From Candidatus Latescibacterota bacterium (GTDB taxonomy: Bacteria > Latescibacterota > UBA2968): DNA of 46,871 nucleotides. Below, in pieces: positions 39,533 to 46,871 of the stretch (within the stretch, counting starts at the first letter, position 1; each line of letters begins with the position of its first letter). Position numbers and translations under genes: made by a program. The DNA is taken from contig JAYODI010000041.1 of the NCBI GenBank assembly GCA_038279365.1, positions 1 to 46,871 on the forward strand, in the 5' to 3' direction. The notes below the pieces were generated by a model, which saw only the letters and a program-made list of their open reading frames with translations, did no database searches and was not told the DNA's origin.

Positions 39533-39655
39533 GCAAAATCTCCTGACCGAAGCGTTGGCGTAATACGATGGATGGGGAATGGAATTAAAATCACAGGTCT
39601 GAAAGTCGCAAATCATTCGGTTTTTTTGACCTGTAGAATTGTGACCTCCTGCGAT

Positions 39656-41875
39656 TTATCTACGTTTTCGACCTCTTCGTGTGCTTTTTTGGGCTGGGTG
39701 TGGCGTTCGTTTGCCTCCCCTTTTAGGTGGGCGTGTTCGCAATTTTCTGAGCGAAGCATGAGACGTCAGTTCAAAGTCGATGAGCAAGCGTTGGCGATCT
39801 ACGCGGGCCAATTGCACTTCTACTGCATCACCGAGTTGATAGGTGGTGCCGGTGCGTTCCCCAATGAGTGCGCCTTGTATTTCTTGATAGACATAATAGT
39901 CGTCGTCCAGTGTTTTGACGTGTACGAGTCCTTCAATGAGAATGTCTTCTAATTCAATAAAAAATCCCATGGGGCGAACATCAATAATGGTTGCCGCAAA
40001 ATGTTCGCCCACTTTGTCTTCAAGGTAAAGCACTTGCATGAGCTTAATGGCATCCCAATCGGCTTGTTGGGCCGCAATTTCGCGTTGAGTTGACAGATCA
40101 CCAATGTCGGGCAACCGTTTGTTGCGGCGGGCGAGTCCTTCGGGTGTGCCCGTTTGGGTGATGGTTTCACGCACGATGCGGTGGGTAATCAGGTCAGGAT
40201 AGCGCCGAATGGGAGAGGTGAAGTGGGTGTAGGTTTCACACGCCAAACCAAAGTGACCTATGTTTTTGGGTGTGTAGAGGGCTTTTTTCATGGACCGCAA
40301 CAATCGGCTGTTGAGCACGCGCCCAATGCGTTCGCCTTGGAGCGATTCAAGAATGCGCTGAATATCCGATGGGCCCATGCGGTCGGGTCTGGGCAACCGA
40401 TGGCCAAATGCGGCGGCCAGCATGGCAAAGTCGGCGAGTTTTTCTATGTCGGGCGATTCGTGAACCCGATAGAGAATGGGTATGCCTCGATCTGTCATAT
40501 ATTTGGCCACCACTTCATTGGCCAAGAGCATAAACTCTTCAATCAGGCGGTGGCTGTTGAGGCGTGGTGAGGGGCGAATGTCGATGGGGAACCCTTTGTC
40601 GTTGAGCACAATGTGGGGTTCGGGCAAGTCAAAGTCAATGGCACCGCGTTCATGTTTGTTTTTGGTGAGGTGCTGTCGCAATTTCTCCATCTTGAGCAGC
40701 ATATCGGCAAAAGGATAGGCATTGGTATTGGGCGCGTCGGGGTGGTTGTCGAGCACGCGTTGCACGTTTTCATATGAAAGACGTTCGTGACTGCGCATAA
40801 TGGTTTCGGCAATTTCGGTGTCAATGATGTCGCCATTGGGATGAATGTGCACAAACACACTTAAAGCAAGTCGGTCTTCATGGGGTCGCAAAGAACAAAC
40901 CCCAGCAGACAAGTGCTCGGGTAACATCGGAATGACGCGATCTGGCAAATAGACGCTGGTGCCTCTGGCAAGTGCTTCGTGGTCAAGGGGGGATCCTTCC
41001 GTGACAAAATACGACACATCGGCTATGTGAATACCAAGCTGATAGGTGCCATCGGGCAAGACATCCAATGAAACCGCGTCGTCATGATCGCGTGCGTCAT
41101 AGGGGTCTATGGTGACACATACAGTGTCTCGAATGTCACGTCTTTTGGCAATTTCTTCTGCGGGAATGGTGTTGGGTATGGCTTGGGCGGCTTCTTCAAC
41201 ATGGGAGGGGAATTCAAGGGGCAAGCCGTGTTTTTTGATGAGGATAAGGGTTTCTATGCCGGGCGTATCGGGGTCCCCTAAAACTTCTGCGATGTAACCT
41301 GGTGGTGGGTTATTGATTTGCTCCCAGTCTTGTATTTTGGCCACCACTTTTTGACCATTTTGGGCGCCTTTGGTCATGTCTTGTGGGATATAAACTTCAA
41401 GGGGGATGCGCGGGTCATCTGAGGTAACGTGAGCGTTTTGGCCGTTGCTAAAAAAAGTGCCCACAATGGTTTGCTCTGCGCGTTGGATAATGCGCACAAG
41501 CTCCCCTTCGGGGCGGTTGCTGCCTTGGGCCTTTTTGGTGAGGCGGGCAATGACTTTGTCGCCGTGTAATGCGGTGCCCAAACGCGATGTGCCAATGAAT
41601 ATGTCTGGCTCACCATCTTCGCGGGCGAGTAAGCCATACCCTCCTGAGTGTACGCTGAGTCGCCCCGTAATTAAGTTTTGTGCGCCCGATGCACCATATC
41701 GGTTGTTGCGCAACTTAACGAGGAGTCCGTCGTTGCCCATTTGGCGGATGAGTCTGCGAAAGGTGTTGTATTCGCGTTCGCCCACCTGAAGTGCACGTGC
41801 AAGTTCCCTGATCTTCAGGGGCCGATCAGGGTTTTGCTTCATAAATGAAAGGACTTGGTCACGGGAGACGGACAT
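39656..41875 (-). CDS. rnr: Ribonuclease R
   Basis: N-terminal HTH, cold-shock domains, TIDPYDARDHDDA, IEEFMLLAN, YTHFTSPIRRYPDL, S1 domain, basic tail. Confidence 0.97.
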   Translation of the reverse strand: MSVSRDQVLSFMKQNPDRPLKIRELARALQVGEREYNTFRRLIRQMGNDGLLVKLRNNRYGASGAQNLITGRLSVHSGGYGLLAREDGEPDIFIGTSRLGTALHGDKVIARLTKKAQGSNRPEGELVRIIQRAEQTIVGTFFSNGQNAHVTSDDPRIPLEVYIPQDMTKGAQNGQKVVAKIQDWEQINNPPPGYIAEVLGDPDTPGIETLILIKKHGLPLEFPSHVEEAAQAIPNTIPAEEIAKRRDIRDTVCVTIDPYDARDHDDAVSLDVLPDGTYQLGIHIADVSYFVTEGSPLDHEALARGTSVYLPDRVIPMLPEHLSAGVCSLRPHEDRLALSVFVHIHPNGDIIDTEIAETIMRSHERLSYENVQRVLDNHPDAPNTNAYPFADMLLKMEKLRQHLTKNKHERGAIDFDLPEPHIVLNDKGFPIDIRPSPRLNSHRLIEEFMLLANEVVAKYMTDRGIPILYRVHESPDIEKLADFAMLAAAFGHRLPRPDRMGPSDIQRILESLQGERIGRVLNSRLLRSMKKALYTPKNIGHFGLACETYTHFTSPIRRYPDLITHRIVRETITQTGTPEGLARRNKRLPDIGDLSTQREIAAQQADWDAIKLMQVLYLEDKVGEHFAATIIDVRPMGFFIELEDILIEGLVHVKTLDDDYYVYQEIQGALIGERTGTTYQLGDAVEVQLARVDRQRLLIDFELTSHASLRKLRTRPPKRGGKRTPHPAQKSTRRGRKRR

Positions 41876-42177
41876 GAGCGCCTAAGATAACGGGTATAAA
41901 AGATGTGTATATGCGTGTATGTGTGGCGGGAGAGAATGACCGTGTCATTTTAAGAGCTGTGGTGGGGAGGCATCGGTGCTCTGAATGGATGTGTGTCTGA
42001 ACACGTTCAAATATACGGCATGTTTATGAAAACGCAATGTAAAAGCTTATGGCATCTGGGGGGGCTGTTTCATATCTGTGGTGAGCTGTTTTAGGGGTTT
42101 GCATTTTGTATTTTGTCTGTTATGTTTATGTTGCGATTTCGGTAGAACCACTCATTAATTTCTAAGGAGTTAAGATT

Positions 42178-42630
42178 ATGAAACGTTTGGCTGCTATGGT
42201 TTTGTGTGTGATGTTGTTGCCCGCTTTGGTGTTGGCGCATTGTGAAATCCCGTGTGGTATCTATGGCGATGAAGGGCGGTTTTCGGCCATGATGGAAGAT
42301 GTGACAACCATTGAAAAAGCCATGAACCAGATTAATGAGTTGTCGGGTGCAGACACCAAAAATTTTAATCAGATTGTGCGTTGGGTCAATAACAAAGAAG
42401 TTCACGCCGATAAAATTAGAGATGTGGTGTCCCAATACTTTTTGGCACAGCGCATCAAAGAACCCGCCGAAGGTGATGTTGCTGGTGCAAAAGCTTATAC
42501 GGCTCAGTTGGTAAAGTTGCATCATATTATTCGTGTGGCGATGAAATGCAAACAGACAACAGATGTGGCCCATGCCAAGAAGTTGCACGACCTCATTCAC
42601 GAATTCCAAGAACTCTACAATGCCAAATAA
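42178..42630 (+). CDS. sodN: Nickel superoxide dismutase with Sec-type signal peptide
   Basis: Ni-hook HCEIPCGIY directly after a 20 aa signal peptide ending VLA; NQIVRWVNNKE; AAGGAG RBS. Confidence 0.92.
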   Translation: MKRLAAMVLCVMLLPALVLAHCEIPCGIYGDEGRFSAMMEDVTTIEKAMNQINELSGADTKNFNQIVRWVNNKEVHADKIRDVVSQYFLAQRIKEPAEGDVAGAKAYTAQLVKLHHIIRVAMKCKQTTDVAHAKKLHDLIHEFQELYNAK

Positions 42631-42665
42631 TTATTATTCTTATAAATAATTACAAACAATGGATG

Positions 42666-42704
42666 TGGCAAAGCGACGCTTTTAGACGCTTTGCCATTTT
42701 TTTT
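42666..42704 (+). terminator. Rho-independent terminator after sodN
   Basis: TGGCAAAGCG...CGCTTTGCCA followed by T8. Confidence 0.82.
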
Positions 42705-42715
42705 AACATTTTTTC

Positions 42716-42744
42716 TTGCGCAAAGGCAAGGTCTTTGATATATT
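42716..42744 (+). promoter_or_regulatory. sigma70-type promoter of groESL
   Basis: TTGCGC-N17-TATATT immediately upstream of CIRCE. Confidence 0.65.
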
Positions 42745-42753
42745 TTTGGCTGT

Positions 42754-42780
42754 TTAGCACTCGGAGGGTGCGAGTGCTAA
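42754..42780 (+). promoter_or_regulatory. CIRCE element (HrcA operator)
   Basis: Perfect TTAGCACTC-N9-GAGTGCTAA upstream of groES. Confidence 0.97.
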
Positions 42781-42847
42781 CAATGTTTCGTAACGTTATT
42801 CATTTTTTTCACCTTAACAAAATATCCTTTAGAAGGAGGCAAGACAT

Positions 42848-43138
42848 ATGGCAAAGGTGAAACCCCTTGGGGATCGCGTGTTGGTAAGACCTGTTGATGA
42901 AGCAGAACAGGTTAAGGGCGGCATCATTATTCCTGATACAGCCAAAGAAAAACCCCAACGTGGTGAGGTTGTTGCCGTTGGTGATGGCAAAGCCGATGAT
43001 TCTGGCAACAAGATCGCTTTGTCGGTAAAATCGGGCGACACGGTTCTTTATGGCAAATATGCCGGCACCGAAATTCGCTTGGAAGACGAAGACTATCTGA
43101 TTATGTCCGAAGGTGATATTCTCGCTGTTGTTGAGTAA
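42848..43138 (+). CDS. groES: Co-chaperonin GroES
   Basis: [39 protein letters not shown]. Confidence 0.98.
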   Translation: MAKVKPLGDRVLVRPVDEAEQVKGGIIIPDTAKEKPQRGEVVAVGDGKADDSGNKIALSVKSGDTVLYGKYAGTEIRLEDEDYLIMSEGDILAVVE

Positions 43139-43156
43139 ATTCTTGTTATAAAATAA

Positions 43157-44812
<1,656 letters not shown>

Positions 44813-44843
44813 AAAAGAGATTGCTCAAGCAATCTGTATCACT

Positions 44844-44875
44844 AAAAAAGGGCACCCGATTGGGTGCCCTTTTTT
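44844..44875. terminator. Bidirectional terminator between groEL and the convergent cassette array
   Basis: AAAAAAGGGCACCC-GATT-GGGTGCCCTTTTTT. Confidence 0.92.
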
Positions 44876-44903
44876 ATTTTGCTGTCGTCACAACACTTAT
44901 GTC

Positions 44904-45011
44904 CTATCGTTTTTCTGCCCTCTTCCGGCAATCTATCCAAATATTTGGATCTGGCTCATAAACTGTTTTCACTTTAATCGGGTTGCGAGAAGGATAGCTA
45001 CATTGAATTGG
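44904..45011 (-). pseudogene. 3' fragment of a DUF4258-family (putative toxin) gene
   Basis: Minus frame reads PIQCSYPSRNPIKVKTVYEPDPNIWIDCRKRAEKR*, matching the ...T-x-Y-E-P-D-P-x-x-W...R-x-R ending of DUF4258 proteins; no start or N-terminal half. Confidence 0.5.
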
Positions 45012-45072
45012 TTTTTGTCTTTATGTGCGAATTTTTGGGTGTTGGGTTGTTGGGTCTCTCTGCGTTGCTTGC

Positions 45073-45207
45073 ATCTAACGTCTGCCATTGCAGAAGTGGC
45101 CGCACATAAAAAAAGTGATCGGGGTTTTGTCAATCGGCCCAATGAATCAGTCGTGGCCATTTGGGTTGGGAGGTTGTTGGGAGGTGATCTGCAATGGCTT
45201 GTTATAC
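45073..45207 (-). repeat. attC-like site A (135 bp)
   Basis: Minus strand: GTATAAC-AA-GCCATTGCAGA ... TCTGCAATGGC-AGAC-GTTAGAT. Confidence 0.75.
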
Positions 45208-45273
45208 GCCGACAGCCCCCTTAGCGCGAAGCTATAGAGGGCTGTCATTCAAGGGCGTACGATCACCATCTTT

Positions 45274-45459
45274 TTAAGCTGTTGCTTTTTCCGTTTTACC
45301 CCCAAAAAAACGAATACGTTCATCCAACGATAAATCTTTAGTCTGTAAATAATGCATTTGTCGAACAAAATGAATCTGTTGCATCATTTCATCATTAGGA
45401 AATTCTCTTCGGACGTCCTCCCAAATATTCGCTTTTTCTATTTCTGTTAATTCGTTCAT
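45274..45459 (-). CDS. 61 aa protein, probable antitoxin partner of the PIN protein
   Basis: AGGGA RBS, 8 bp downstream of the PIN gene, inside the same cassette. Confidence 0.65.
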   Translation of the reverse strand: MNELTEIEKANIWEDVRREFPNDEMMQQIHFVRQMHYLQTKDLSLDERIRFFGGKTEKATA

Positions 45460-45467
45460 GTTTCCCT

Positions 45468-45923
45468 CTATAGTTCAGGTGGCGCAATAATCTCGATTTG
45501 TCCATATCCTTTTAGGGCATTAACCAAATTGACTTCTCTACGCGTATTCACTTTTACCAGATGAGTAAAGTTCCAACTGCAAAGATAGCCAATTCCGTTA
45601 ATGACGGCAACGGCAACATGGTTGGCATCTGATCTATACTTCTCAGGAAAAATCTCTCTATCAATATACTCTTGTGCAAGTATAGTGGCTTCTTCATCAA
45701 GATTCAGAACGGATACCCCTTCTACCAAAATTTCCATTTGTTCTCGCCTCTCTTGGTTGGGAGTATCGGCGATTTCGCGTAACACAAGCCCAGAAACAAA
45801 AGCATCAAATTTTGGTAATACTTCCTCCCAAAATTTCAATGTCTGAGCTTGACGCTCTGGTGTGCGCGAATCATAATAGGCACTTGGCACCGTTGTGTCT
45901 AAATATATTTTTTGTTTAGCCAT
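45468..45923 (-). CDS. PIN-domain (VapC-like) nuclease, putative toxin
   Basis: IYLDTTV, VLREI, DANHVAVA, SWNFTHLV. Confidence 0.9.
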   Translation of the reverse strand: MAKQKIYLDTTVPSAYYDSRTPERQAQTLKFWEEVLPKFDAFVSGLVLREIADTPNQERREQMEILVEGVSVLNLDEEATILAQEYIDREIFPEKYRSDANHVAVAVINGIGYLCSWNFTHLVKVNTRREVNLVNALKGYGQIEIIAPPEL

Positions 45924-45998
45924 ACAGAAACAATATCATTTTAAAATGCAAGAAGCAAGGTTGTTCTTTTGCGCCCATTTTGCTTTGTTGCTGTTGGC

Positions 45999-46134
45999 GT
46001 ATAACGGTTGGGGTTTCAGACGGGCTTGCAGACTGTAAAAATGTATCAGTGGTTTTGATATTCAGAAATTGAATTACACTGCAAGCCTGTGTGGGATGGG
46101 TGGTTTGGGGATGCACTGAAACCCTGTGTTATCG
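45999..46134 (-). repeat. attC-like site B (136 bp)
   Basis: Minus strand: CGATAAC-ACA-GGGTTTCAG ... ACAGGCTTGCAG ... CTGCAAGCCCGT-CTGAAACCC-CAACC-GTTATAC. Confidence 0.75.
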
Positions 46135-46224
46135 GTTTGGCAGCGCGCCCCAATAATGCGAAGCTTTAAAGGGGCAAACTTATAGCGCACACCATATCCT
46201 ATGGTTTTTGGTTTCTAATCCTTC

Positions 46225-46683
46225 TCAATCACGAGGTCCTCGCCCATTCAGTTTTCTGTCTAATTCCCACAGTGCGGTTTTGTTGCTGTCAAATTTTACC
46301 AATTCGAAAGCATCCACATATTTCAACCACTTGTATTCATTGTGCTCATTGGAAAGCACGATTGGGTAATGTTTAAATGAGACCCCAAAACAATATTGAG
46401 GAATAACATACACCTGGTCTCCCCATAAATGACTATCACGAAATCCTGTAGCTCGTATAGACGTCATGGTATCTAACTGAATAAACTCTGAATCTTGAGA
46501 CAGACCAGCTTCCTCGAATGTTTCTCTTTTAGCAGCTTCAAGAGGTGTTTCATTATCTTCGCCACCACCTGCTATACCTTGCCACCAACCAGCGTCAGAC
46601 CGTTTAAAGAGTGCATACTCAAAATGATCATCAGACGTGTACCTATAAGGGTATACAAGGATTTGAAATGGTGCCCTTGCCAT
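46225..46683 (-). CDS. NUDIX hydrolase (NudB/dATP pyrophosphohydrolase-like)
   Basis: Nudix box GGGEDNETPLEAAKRETFEEAG, WQGIAG, LSNEHNEYKW; AAGG RBS. Confidence 0.92.
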   Translation of the reverse strand: MARAPFQILVYPYRYTSDDHFEYALFKRSDAGWWQGIAGGGEDNETPLEAAKRETFEEAGLSQDSEFIQLDTMTSIRATGFRDSHLWGDQVYVIPQYCFGVSFKHYPIVLSNEHNEYKWLKYVDAFELVKFDSNKTALWELDRKLNGRGPRD

Positions 46684-46812
46684 CTACCTTACTTTCATAA
46701 AAAGATGAATGAGTTTTTCTGATAAGATTATGAGAAGCTTATTCTGAAGTTGTTTTATGTTTTTGTGCGCGAATTTTTGGTGTTGGGTGGTTGGGGCTCT
46801 TGCGCTGCTTGC

Positions 46813-46862
46813 CGATAACTTCCCGATGTCCGTAAAAAAGGTTCGGACATCGGGAGTTTATT
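46813..46862 (-). repeat. Short palindromic recombination site heading the array (attI-like or minimal attC)
   Basis: Minus strand: AATAAAC-TCCCGATGTCCG-N11-CGGACATCGGGA-A-GTTATCG; its GTTATCGG pairs with the CCGATAAC end of the NUDIX cassette. Confidence 0.6.
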
Positions 46863-46871
46863 CTTTAGACT

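Larger units (their letters stand above)
44904..46862 (-). mobile_element. Integron-like gene cassette array (two complete cassettes plus a remnant); integrase not in window
   Basis: Three AAC...GTT-bounded palindromic sites; each cassette's start is complementary to its own end (GTTATACGCC/GGCGTATAAC and GTTATCGG/CCGATAAC); co-oriented small accessory genes. Confidence 0.75.

Noticed and set aside
41880..42177. Possible nickel-responsive operator or sRNA between rnr and sodN
   Set aside because: No convincing inverted repeat or recognisable RNA structure could be supported.
45073..45260. Group II intron or riboswitch remnant
   Set aside because: No GTGCG 5' end or domain V helix; the structure fits an attC-like site better.

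Overview
Bacterial chromosomal segment whose gene content (PorV-family protein, GWxTD proteins, CIRCE-controlled groESL) suggests an FCB-superphylum organism such as a Latescibacterota relative; this taxonomy is inference only. Left to right: end of a T9SS-type cargo gene and a PorV/PorQ-family gene; a rimB-like protease / rimK / desuccinylase / CASTOR-POLLUX-like channel / 2x MscS operon; a catalytically degenerate 5'-nucleotidase fused to a predicted outer-membrane beta-barrel; two coiled-coil membrane proteins; an SLC12-like cation-chloride cotransporter / NTT-like transporter / AsmA / MarC run; an orphan small gene behind a sigma54-type promoter; PhyH dioxygenase; radical SAM-rpiB-GNAT; an 11 kb locus with three TPR-GWxTD paralogues around an ECF sigma/anti-sigma pair, with three identically spaced TTAAAC-N17-CRTC promoters and REP-like repeats between the genes; rnr-purF-hypothetical-TPR lipoprotein-LolB-like; signal-peptide NiSOD; groES-groEL. 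The right end holds an integron-like cassette array on the minus strand (NUDIX cassette, PIN toxin-antitoxin cassette, DUF4258 remnant) bounded by atypical attC-like sites, each long site carrying a 25-26 nt G-rich bulge. No integrase, tRNA, rRNA or CRISPR array was seen. All family calls come from motif recognition, not database searches.
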